This document shows positions 40,892 through 49,893 of a DNA stretch of 64,000 nt, piece after piece. The stretch covers positions 42,028 to 106,027 of the forward strand of contig JAUVNS010000014.1 in the NCBI GenBank assembly GCA_030599585.1, given 5' to 3'. Made by a program: the position numbers and the translations under genes. Source of the stretch: Promethearchaeota archaeon (lineage in GTDB: Archaea > Asgardarchaeota > Lokiarchaeia > Sigyniarchaeales > SOKP01). The stretch's first letter is position 1. Every line of letters starts with the position of its first letter. The notes under the pieces are model-generated. The model did no database searches. It saw only the letters and a program-made list of their open reading frames with translations, and was not told the DNA's origin.

Positions 40892-41617
40892 ATGAAAATA
40901 AAACGAATGGATATAATTTTCTTTATTATTTTAGGGACAATTACAGTAATCTCTATAGATTTTATACTAAATGAATCTCATCGAGCTATTATTGAAAACA
41001 TAGGAAGTATACCCCCATTTCAAGACCTCGCTTCTGGGTTATTAATAACATTTTTAGTATGTTTGATAGGAAATCTATTACCCATACCAACGCCTTATAC
41101 ATTTGTGGTATGTTTTAGTTCCTTACCCTTTTTACAACTGAATCTTTTCATTCCTATTGTTGTCGCTTTTATTGCTAGTTTAGGATGCATGATTGGAGAA
41201 ATTGGGGGATATATTGTAGGTAGAGGGGCTTCTTCATTTATATCTGAAGACCGTAGTCAGAATCTGAAGAAATACCAACTATTCTTAATAGAGCATCCAA
41301 GGACCGCACCCCTTTTAATTTTTATATTTGGTCTTACACCCTTAAATGATGATTTCATAACAATACCTCTTGGAATCATTAAATATAGTTTTCTAAAGAC
41401 AATTTTTTGGGTTTGGTTGGGCAAATTGGGTTTGATGCTGATTTTTTCCTATAATTTATTAAGTATTTGTAGCCTCTTAGGAGGAGATAGCTGGTTTATT
41501 TCAATTGTTTCAATGTATTTGATTACTATTCTACTGTATTTAATGATAAAAATAGACTTATTAGATTTTTATAACAAACTCGTAGAGAAGGTTCATAAAA
41601 TAAAGGAGAAAAGCTAA
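40892..41617 (+). CDS. DedA/VTT (SNARE-associated) membrane protein
   Basis: PIPTPY, GCMIGEIGGYIVGRG, FGLTPLNDD, LGK motifs. Confidence 0.82.
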   Translation: MKIKRMDIIFFIILGTITVISIDFILNESHRAIIENIGSIPPFQDLASGLLITFLVCLIGNLLPIPTPYTFVVCFSSLPFLQLNLFIPIVVAFIASLGCMIGEIGGYIVGRGASSFISEDRSQNLKKYQLFLIEHPRTAPLLIFIFGLTPLNDDFITIPLGIIKYSFLKTIFWVWLGKLGLMLIFSYNLLSICSLLGGDSWFISIVSMYLITILLYLMIKIDLLDFYNKLVEKVHKIKEKS

Positions 41618-41646
41618 TTTCTCCGTATACTAATAATTTGAACGAT

Positions 41647-41754
41647 TTATTTTTCTTCTCTAATTTCTATACCGTCAGGCAAAGTAACACTATCAACCAT
41701 TAATCCTTCTGCTTTCCGATAATCGTCAAAAGTTCTGGCTTCAACTTTTTTCAA
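41647..41754 (-). pseudogene. Orphan C-terminal fragment of a second MttB-like paralogue
   Basis: LKKVEARTFDDYRKAEGLMVDSVTLPDGIEIREEK* aligns with the MttB tail IKEIEARPLKLYMDAEGISGGSVNITGTEISLEKS but lies in a different frame. Confidence 0.7.
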
Positions 41755-43267
41755 GTGAAATCTCGGTACCAGTAATATTCACAGAACCGCCACTAATGCC
41801 TTCAGCATCCATATATAGTTTAAGGGGGCGTGCTTCAATTTCTTTTATTAGAGCCAATAATTGAGTATCTACATCCTTAGCAAGTTCATAGGGTTGATAA
41901 TCCGCTAACACTTGATCAACTTTCGTCCTAGCTCGCTCAATAATGTCTTTCGAACCTTTTTTTTTCCAAGTAGATCGTCTACCTCGGTCAATCAATTTAG
42001 GGAAATAAAGTTCTTTATGCATATACTTTCTTGTGTGAGATTCTGCAAGGAAATTTTTCCCTTTTTGTTCGCTAGTTGCTACATTTTTGATTATATCAAT
42101 CGCTATTGTATCTTCATTAACATTAATACCTTCCATTGCTCGTTTTACTAAGCCAGCAAGTTCATCGTCAATTACTAATAGTTCTAACGCTTCTGCTAAA
42201 GATGATTCATAAGTACCCGCACAGGTTATATAATTAATTCCAGCTTGTGCTGCTAGTGACATAGTGGAAAAACGCTCAAAACCATTTTGTACATCAAAAC
42301 ATTTTGATTCAGTAACTCCACCAGGACCACGTGAAGGAATGTTAAAATAACGCGCAATTTGAGCTATAGCAATGGTTATTAAGCTTGATTCTATAGCCCC
42401 TAAGGCAGAATTTCCAGAGCGCATATCAGTGGCACATGAAACTGTACCAAAGAATACTGGACTTATTGGACTGAAAACTTGAGCTAGAATTATACCACCA
42501 ATTATCTCGGCACATGTCTGAGCTAATAAACCGGCTAATGTAACTGGGGCAGTTGTGCCTGCAAGAGCTTCTGGAGCTACAATTACAGGTTGCTTATATT
42601 TTGCAAAGACTTCTAAACCATTTGTCATAAGTTTTGGTAATTGTAAAGGACTTGTAGGATTCATAAAGCCAACTAATCGCGGTCGTTTAATTAAGTCTTC
42701 TTCACTCCCAACTATAAGAGATGTAATATTCATCATATCTTGGCTTGCTAACTTCCCAAGGCAGCCCAGTCCATAAGGTTTCTTAGTATTCTTCGCCCAT
42801 TGATACAAACAATGTGCATGAACCGCTGTAAACTTAACATCACTGGGCCAAACATCAATATGAGAGCAGTTTATGTTCTTAAGGCTATCCACTACACGGA
42901 TTTGCTGTATTGTATCGGCTAAAACTGATTTCTTTAATTTATTTTTTCCTAAAGGATCATAGATTCTAACTGGAGTTCCGATCGTGGCAAATTGAGTCGT
43001 TTTAGTATTGACTTCAAAATTAAATGATCCATCGGGACCATGTAATTTAAATGATTCTGGTACTAATTTTAGCAAGTCTTTGGTAACATTCTCGGGAAAT
43101 TTTACAAAAGATGATAAATTATCAAGAATAGCTCCTTTTTCTTCACATCTCTTACGAGATTTCTCATCATCTATTTTAATTCCGATTATTTCGAGGATTC
43201 TTAGAGCTGAGCTAGTAATTGCTTCGATTTCTTCTTTGGAAAGAACTTCCAACTTTTTTAACTTCAT
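41741..43267 (-). CDS. mttB: Non-pyrrolysine MttB-superfamily (trimethylamine methyltransferase-like) corrinoid methyltransferase
   Basis: SPLQL, AGTTAPVTLAG, DMRSG, GGVTESKCFDVQNGFE, LVIDDE; no in-frame TAG. Confidence 0.9.
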   Translation of the reverse strand: MKLKKLEVLSKEEIEAITSSALRILEIIGIKIDDEKSRKRCEEKGAILDNLSSFVKFPENVTKDLLKLVPESFKLHGPDGSFNFEVNTKTTQFATIGTPVRIYDPLGKNKLKKSVLADTIQQIRVVDSLKNINCSHIDVWPSDVKFTAVHAHCLYQWAKNTKKPYGLGCLGKLASQDMMNITSLIVGSEEDLIKRPRLVGFMNPTSPLQLPKLMTNGLEVFAKYKQPVIVAPEALAGTTAPVTLAGLLAQTCAEIIGGIILAQVFSPISPVFFGTVSCATDMRSGNSALGAIESSLITIAIAQIARYFNIPSRGPGGVTESKCFDVQNGFERFSTMSLAAQAGINYITCAGTYESSLAEALELLVIDDELAGLVKRAMEGINVNEDTIAIDIIKNVATSEQKGKNFLAESHTRKYMHKELYFPKLIDRGRRSTWKKKGSKDIIERARTKVDQVLADYQPYELAKDVDTQLLALIKEIEARPLKLYMDAEGISGGSVNITGTEISLEKS

Positions 43268-43286
43268 ATTATTCTCTTCTCTTAGT

Positions 43287-43937
43287 TTATTCTGATATAT
43301 TTAATAATTTCTTTACTAAAGCAATCGTTTCAATTGCATCATCGGCCCATCCATCAGCGCCAATATTTTCAGCCCAATCATCTGAAGTAGGAGATCCCCC
43401 AACGATCACTTTATATTTATCTCTCAACCCTCTCTTCTCAAGCGCCTCTATAACTTGCTTCTGAAAGACCATCGACATTGTTAGAAGAGAGGATAATCCT
43501 ATGATATCAGCACCTATTTCTTCTGCTTTTGAAATGAATTGATCTGCTGTTACCTCAACTCCGAGGTTATACACTTCAAATCCATTCGAAAATAAAAATG
43601 AGCCGACTAAATCCTTCCCAATACTATGTACATCACTTTCTACCGTCCCTATAACGATTTTTCCCATAGATTTCTTTTCTTCTCCACTAGCTCTAATAGC
43701 AGGATCTAGAATCTCATCAATTACTGCTTTTACAGTTTCAGCAGAGCCTATGAGTTCTGGAAGAAATATTTCTTCCTCTTCGAACTGATCTCCTACAAAT
43801 TTCATAATATCACCTATGATTTTCAACAACCCAGAAGCCGTTGCTTCGTTACTTTTTAGGAGAGTTTGACAATATTCTTTCAAGTCCTCTGTCTCCCATT
43901 CAACAACGAATTTTTTTATTTTATCTTTAATAGACAC
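43287..43937 (-). CDS. Cognate corrinoid (B12-binding) protein, MttC-like
   Basis: IFLPEL, GTVESDVHSIGK (DxHxxG), SSLLT, VGG. Confidence 0.93.
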   Translation of the reverse strand: MSIKDKIKKFVVEWETEDLKEYCQTLLKSNEATASGLLKIIGDIMKFVGDQFEEEEIFLPELIGSAETVKAVIDEILDPAIRASGEEKKSMGKIVIGTVESDVHSIGKDLVGSFLFSNGFEVYNLGVEVTADQFISKAEEIGADIIGLSSLLTMSMVFQKQVIEALEKRGLRDKYKVIVGGSPTSDDWAENIGADGWADDAIETIALVKKLLNISE

Positions 43938-44066
43938 TTTCTTTACAACTTGTAAATTATATTTTTTGTATTATGATATAATCATTGGGAAAAAAAGTTT
44001 TTCATAAATCATAGTTTTATTATAATAAAAATATCCACCATCTTTAATTTCGAGAAGGAATGAATA

Positions 44067-45350
44067 ATGAATGACGAGAACAGACCAAAAACAATGGATC
44101 AAAAAAATAAAGAACTACGAGAAAAATGGGATAAATTACATTTTGATTCGCAACAAGGAAGAGCCGGTGAAGACCCATACCCTACAACGTCTGATAGCTT
44201 AAGAATCCCACTATATGCAACAAAATCATATGCATATTCTTCCTTAACAGAATTATTAAAAAGCCATTATTTTTACTCGAGAACAGAAAATCCAACATTA
44301 TATGCTTTAGATCAGAAGCTTGCCACGCTTCACGGTGGCGAATCAGCTGTTTCTGTAGCTTCTGGAATGGCTGCAGTACATTTAGCGTGCTCGAGCGTAC
44401 TACAGCAACGCGTAGATAGAGCTAGACCAAAAAAATTAAAAGTATTACTACCTCAAACCAATCCCGATTATATTCCAAATGTCATTATCCATAATAATCA
44501 ATACACAGGGGTGTATCGATTGTTGACAAAAATCTATTCACAAATCGGAGTAATGACTAAAATCGTTGATCTAACAAATCTGTCAGAATTAAAAAACGCT
44601 ATCGATGAAAGCACAAAATTGGTTTTTGTGGAAACTCCATCTAACCCAAATTTAGACATATTAGATATTCAAGGATGCGCTGATCTAATTCACGAAGTAA
44701 ATGGAAAATGTATCGTTGATAATACATTTGCTTCCCCAGCACTACAAAAACCTTTGAAGTTCGGAGCTGATTTAGTAGTAGAAAGTTTAACGAAATATGT
44801 CAATGGACATGGCGATACATTAGGTGGTGTGATAATTGGTCCAAAAATAGAATTGCAAAACATTAGATATTTTTGGTTAGAAACGCAAGGAGCCGTGATG
44901 AATCCCTTTAGTGCTTGGCTTATTCTGAGGGGTTGTAGAACGCTTAGTTTAAGGATGGAGCGCCATTGTTCAAACGCATTGAAAATAGCTGACTATTTAG
45001 AATCGCATCCAAAAGTAGTAAAAGTGATATATCCGGGTTTAAAATCTCACCCGAACCATGAATTAGCTAAGAAGCAAATGAAAGCATTCGGAGGTATGAT
45101 TGGATTTGAATTAGAGACAGTAGAGAAATGTTACAAGTTTATAGATTTATTAAAACTAATTAAAGTTGGTGTTTCCCTCGGAGATACTACGTCTTTAATT
45201 GAATATACATCAGTTATGACGGGAATCGATCTCGCATCGTGGGAAAAACGAAGAATGAACATGTCAAACACGCACTTCCGATTTTCAATAGGTTTAGAAG
45301 ATTCTAACGACTTAATTAATGATTTAGAACAAGCATTAAAAAAAATATAA
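44067..45350 (+). CDS. PLP-dependent trans-sulfuration enzyme (methionine gamma-lyase / cystathionine gamma-lyase family)
   Basis: YSRTENPT, SGMAA, ETPSNP, DNTFASP, SLTKYVNGHGD (PLP Lys), VSLGD, RFSIGLE. Confidence 0.9.
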   Translation: MNDENRPKTMDQKNKELREKWDKLHFDSQQGRAGEDPYPTTSDSLRIPLYATKSYAYSSLTELLKSHYFYSRTENPTLYALDQKLATLHGGESAVSVASGMAAVHLACSSVLQQRVDRARPKKLKVLLPQTNPDYIPNVIIHNNQYTGVYRLLTKIYSQIGVMTKIVDLTNLSELKNAIDESTKLVFVETPSNPNLDILDIQGCADLIHEVNGKCIVDNTFASPALQKPLKFGADLVVESLTKYVNGHGDTLGGVIIGPKIELQNIRYFWLETQGAVMNPFSAWLILRGCRTLSLRMERHCSNALKIADYLESHPKVVKVIYPGLKSHPNHELAKKQMKAFGGMIGFELETVEKCYKFIDLLKLIKVGVSLGDTTSLIEYTSVMTGIDLASWEKRRMNMSNTHFRFSIGLEDSNDLINDLEQALKKI

Positions 45351-45366
45351 AAAAAAAAGAGATAAA

Positions 45367-46743
45367 TTAAGAAGATCTTACTTTCTCGAGTTTATCTTTA
45401 TGTAATTCGGCGAGTTTTTCTTTCATCCCTAATACTTTCGTCTTTGAAAAAGGGTAGAAATATAGACAAACTAAGGAAAGTCCTAAAGCAATAGCAGGCA
45501 CAATTACAAATAAAAAGCGTAATCCAGTGATTACATCAACTCCAGGATTTGGAACATATACTTCCCAATCTGTTTCGGTAAAGACAAGACTAATTACTGT
45601 GATTGATAAAACCATTGAAAGTCGCATAAAGAAATTAGCAATACCAAAATAGCTTCCTTCTCTTCTAACACCTGTTTTTAACTCGTCGTCGTCAATAACA
45701 TCTGCAATAATATACCAAATGAAGTATAACATTCCTCCGAACCCCACTCCCATAAATATTGCTGTTATAAGTGCAGGTATATATGAATCGATAAAAAGCA
45801 TAGGGATAGATGCAATCACATAGGCGATCATCGAGAGTCCGTATCCAACTTTTCCTCCTAATTTCACGTCGAGTTTTTTCCAAAGAAACATCGACACAAT
45901 CCCAATAATATACAACGCTCCCATGAGGATCGAAGTTTCGAATGCTGAAGTAGTTCCAAGGACCTCTACAGCGAAAATTGGAAGGATAGAGCCGAGCAAT
46001 AATAGGATAAACTCATACAAGAAGAACATTCCTACGTAGAGCAGAAATCCTTTATTCTTAAAGGTGTGTTTTAACGATTGAAAATAACTAAACTCTTGTT
46101 TGTAGTCTAATTTAAATTCTTCTCGTTCTACTGCCCCCCATTTAAGAAAGATTACCATTGCTATTCCGACAATTATGACAGTGACAATTCCGTTCGTCAA
46201 ATATCCATCGACTGTGGCTTGATCTCCAATAAAAATCCCTGGAACGAGTGCTGCTAAAATTAAACCGATGGCTGCGAGGATTTGACGCATTGTGTTAACT
46301 TGGGTTCTTTCTTCTACTGTTGTATACAATTCGGGAAACAAAGAATCTGTAGGAAGTGCAATAAGCGTATAAGCAGTATCGTATAATATTAACATAATCA
46401 GTAAATAAAAGAATTGCGCCATTGCACCACTCATAGGTGGTAACCAGATTAAAATTTCTAAGACTAATACTGGAATCACACCTATCATGATATATAATCT
46501 TCTTCTGCCAAATCTGCTATGTGTTTTGTCGGAAAGGTATCCTATCAACGGATCATTAATTGCATTCCAAATTGTCCAAATAATGAATGCTGTTCTTATC
46601 AAACCAACATCCAAGCCTACAGCAACGAAATAAAAAGTAAATACCCACAGGTTAAAAGCTGCATTTATGAACCATTCTACGCCATTACCTATAGAAAAAC
46701 TCCATTTCTGACCTTTACTAAATTCTGAACTCATATGAATCAA
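45367..46743 (-). CDS. MFS transporter, GPH/MelB (MFS_2) family
   Basis: WNAINDPLIGYLSDKTHSRFGRRR, ADVIDDDELKTGVRREGSYFG. Confidence 0.92.
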   Translation of the reverse strand: MIHMSSEFSKGQKWSFSIGNGVEWFINAAFNLWVFTFYFVAVGLDVGLIRTAFIIWTIWNAINDPLIGYLSDKTHSRFGRRRLYIMIGVIPVLVLEILIWLPPMSGAMAQFFYLLIMLILYDTAYTLIALPTDSLFPELYTTVEERTQVNTMRQILAAIGLILAALVPGIFIGDQATVDGYLTNGIVTVIIVGIAMVIFLKWGAVEREEFKLDYKQEFSYFQSLKHTFKNKGFLLYVGMFFLYEFILLLLGSILPIFAVEVLGTTSAFETSILMGALYIIGIVSMFLWKKLDVKLGGKVGYGLSMIAYVIASIPMLFIDSYIPALITAIFMGVGFGGMLYFIWYIIADVIDDDELKTGVRREGSYFGIANFFMRLSMVLSITVISLVFTETDWEVYVPNPGVDVITGLRFLFVIVPAIALGLSLVCLYFYPFSKTKVLGMKEKLAELHKDKLEKVRSS

Positions 46744-46859
46744 CTTTATTTAAAATAAAATTAATAGTGAATCTAATTTTCAGTACTATTTTAAATTGAT
46801 TATAATACTGACTAAAAAGAGTTATTTGATGATCGGCAAAACTCAATATGGTTAAAGAA

Positions 46860-47072
46860 TTACGCTCGAGAATATTTTTCTACGATGTAATTTTGTAAAG
46901 ACCACGCATATTTTTCAAGATTTAAGAGTAACACTTTCTGTTGAATTTCTCTTAAATACGGTACATCTAAATCCCCAAATAAATGTTCTAAATGTTCAAT
47001 CGTATCAAAAATATTTACGATAGTTTTCCAATCTCTTTCCCAATCCTTATCTTGTAGTTCTAATTGATTCAT
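46860..47072 (-). CDS. Small helical hypothetical protein (70 aa)
   Basis: Clean ATG-initiated ORF with amphipathic helices, co-oriented downstream of the 7TM-longin genes. Confidence 0.7.
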   Translation of the reverse strand: MNQLELQDKDWERDWKTIVNIFDTIEHLEHLFGDLDVPYLREIQQKVLLLNLEKYAWSLQNYIVEKYSRA

Positions 47073-47187
47073 TATATGAGATAATATATTTTTAATTGTT
47101 TTTATTGGTTCTATATCAATTCAATAAGAACTTAGATATAAAAATGTTTAGATATCTCGGATTTAGTAATTTAAATGTAGATATTGA

Positions 47188-48336
47188 TTATTTATACAAA
47201 TGAAAATGTTTCTCGACTAATTCTTTGATATCGATAAATTCAGAAATATTGATTAACCGGTTTAAATCTTGAATATCTAACAGTTTATTTTTATATTTAC
47301 TATTGAAGTCTTTTGAGAAACCTAACATAAGGTTTTCTACAATTTCATTTTTTTGATTAGTATTAACCACCAAAGCATACCCGTAATCATTTTCGTACCT
47401 AACAACAATATCAGATTTCTTTGTTTGGATCACATCGATTTTATCAGTTTTATCGATAAACTCATTAAGAATATGGTTTAAACCAATAAGAATGGTGCCC
47501 CATCTTGCTGATTCAATTTTGTTATCTGTTGTATCACCGAAATTATATGAATAAAGCACGATCCCAGATTTATGGTAAATATTTACTGAGTATATTCTGT
47601 TTGGTAATATAAAAAACATCTCTGGTTTCTTAATAAGCATAATATAAAAAGCAAATGATGAGACCCACAAGATTACGATGTATATTTCTCTATAAATGGT
47701 TTCTTTAACTGTTATGTAAAGCAACAGCATAATCACAGAAATTGAATAAACCAGTGTATTCAACAAAAGGGTTGAACCTTCTTGTTTATTTTTTGTTTTG
47801 TTGTATATTATGGCCGCGCTATAGAGAAAATTAATCGTAATGAACAATTCGAAGAGAATGAATACAATACTGGTGGCTATATTAAATTCAAAATATATGT
47901 TAGAAGGATCCATTACTGAAAACATGGGTGGAAGTGGACCATTGAAAATTAGAGTCATTGAATCAGGAGTCGCCAAAGCGCCAACCAATAGCCCAAAAAG
48001 AAGAGTAAAATAAATGAAGGGAAATGGTTTAATTTTTTTGTATTGATTAAAAAAAGAATAAATTATGGATGTAAATAATAAGGTTATAAAACCAGTTACT
48101 AATGATATTTTCCACAGTAAGATATTAATATCATAAGATATAAAAATAACTACTGAAAATATAAATAATGTAGAGTATAGAAGTCCCGCTATAAGTGTAT
48201 TTGTTATATTTAAGGACGCTATTAAAATTGTACTATATTCATTACGATGTCGAAAAATATGAATTACTGTATAAGAGCTTAAGATTAAGATGAGGATATA
48301 ACCAACTATTAAAGAAGTTGAGAGCGTGTAATTCAT
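47188..48336 (-). CDS. Seven-TM membrane protein with C-terminal longin-like domain (copy 1)
   Basis: Seven hydrophobic segments, then KKPEMF...IYHKSGIVLYSYNF...GTILIGLNHILNEF. Confidence 0.75.
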   Translation of the reverse strand: MNYTLSTSLIVGYILILILSSYTVIHIFRHRNEYSTILIASLNITNTLIAGLLYSTLFIFSVVIFISYDINILLWKISLVTGFITLLFTSIIYSFFNQYKKIKPFPFIYFTLLFGLLVGALATPDSMTLIFNGPLPPMFSVMDPSNIYFEFNIATSIVFILFELFITINFLYSAAIIYNKTKNKQEGSTLLLNTLVYSISVIMLLLYITVKETIYREIYIVILWVSSFAFYIMLIKKPEMFFILPNRIYSVNIYHKSGIVLYSYNFGDTTDNKIESARWGTILIGLNHILNEFIDKTDKIDVIQTKKSDIVVRYENDYGYALVVNTNQKNEIVENLMLGFSKDFNSKYKNKLLDIQDLNRLINISEFIDIKELVEKHFHLYK

Positions 48337-48529
48337 AATTTAATGTATAAAAAATTATCTTCCTATTAACTTATTAAATACGAAAACCGGTGAGATTTCG
48401 TAGAGGCATAGAATAATAATATACCTATTTAAATAAAGAAGAAACACTCATTTTTAAGAATTACTCAACAACATTCAAAGTATTATCCCGATATATTTAA
48501 TCTACTCTGCTATATTTAATTTATATTAC

Positions 48530-49630
48530 TTAAGTCTCTGTTAAATAGTGGCTAAAATTTTTGATGACAAGTTTATAAGCATTTTTAAACTTAGAAACAT
48601 CAATTAAACGGTTTAAATTTTGTAAGTTTTCTTCATTAATTTTGGAAAAATCTTGCATAAATTTCTCTACAGCAGATTCGAGAATGTCATTTTTGTGTTT
48701 GGCAATTAATAAGGCAGCATAACCTAATTCTGTATTAAAATTAAAAACTACCGCACGGTCTTTCAATTTTATATGAGTTATCTGAGCTTCTACATTAGAT
48801 AGGTTAGCTAAGATATGACTGATCCCAATTAGAATGCTTCCTTTTAATAGACTCTCATCAACTTCTTCTCTTGTCTGAAAATTAAAAGAATAAAGTAAAA
48901 TCCCTGACTTATGGAATATAATTAAATCATATATTTTATTTGTTATTACCGCAAATAAATTAGGCTTTTTAATGATAACAACGAGAAAAAATCCAATACT
49001 AATAAGATACACTATAGAATGAAATAACTTAAAGTAGGGATTTAAAGAAATTAGATACAAACTGTAAAGAAAAATGTTTAAGCTAAAAAGAAACAGTAAG
49101 ATATAATTAAATTTACCTAATTTCTTGTCAGCAAAATTATGATATCCCTTTATTTGGATAACCCAAGAAAACAATATGGTACAAAAATTGAATAGAATAA
49201 TTGATGTCAGCAATCCTATGTTATTAAATAAGTAGAAATATTCAAAACCTCTCTGGATAACAGTAAAAGAATCAGGAACTAAGAGTAAACTTAGAATAAT
49301 TCCTCCTATAAAAATATAAATCAACGAAGGTAGATATCTTACTTTACTGTCTTTGTTTAACTCGAAGTTATGCATTGAGGCAAACATTCCTATTGAAAAA
49401 TTTCTTGTAATAATTGAAATATACCATATTATCAATGCAAAGGGGGTATCGAAAAAATTTTCTGCTGATAAATTAAATGAAATAAAGTAGGTGATTTCGC
49501 TTATGAAGTATATAATAATTACAGCAAAAAATCCAACTCTAGTTTCATATTTCCCTCTATTTAATAATACATAAATGACACCAAATACGAAGATTATAAC
49601 AATAATACTAATAAATATGCTTGCAATCAT
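48530..49630 (-). CDS. Seven-TM membrane protein with C-terminal longin-like domain (copy 2)
   Basis: Seven hydrophobic segments, then KKPNLF...IFHKSGILLYSFNF...GSILIGISHILANL. Confidence 0.75.
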   Translation of the reverse strand: MIASIFISIIVIIFVFGVIYVLLNRGKYETRVGFFAVIIIYFISEITYFISFNLSAENFFDTPFALIIWYISIITRNFSIGMFASMHNFELNKDSKVRYLPSLIYIFIGGIILSLLLVPDSFTVIQRGFEYFYLFNNIGLLTSIILFNFCTILFSWVIQIKGYHNFADKKLGKFNYILLFLFSLNIFLYSLYLISLNPYFKLFHSIVYLISIGFFLVVIIKKPNLFAVITNKIYDLIIFHKSGILLYSFNFQTREEVDESLLKGSILIGISHILANLSNVEAQITHIKLKDRAVVFNFNTELGYAALLIAKHKNDILESAVEKFMQDFSKINEENLQNLNRLIDVSKFKNAYKLVIKNFSHYLTET

Positions 49631-49893
49631 CTATTCTATCAGAAATCTTAGGAATGAATTTCGGTTACATTTTTGTTAAAATATATTAACAAAATATGAT
49701 ATAAACATATATTGGGCTAGCACCTTATAAGAAGTTTTACATGATAAGTAATATAAAATTGATCACTTAATTCTCTCCTATTGAATTGAGTATTCTTGAA
49801 GAACTCGTAATTAAATATAAAACTTTATTCTGGTTAATTAGAAATATAAACTGAAAAAATTTATTTGATTTATAGTATCTAATACCCAATTTT

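Noticed and set aside
41741-43267. Pyrrolysine or selenocysteine recoding of mttB
   Set aside because: No in-frame TAG; reading through the terminal TGA meets another TGA four codons later, and the downstream homologous peptide is in a different frame
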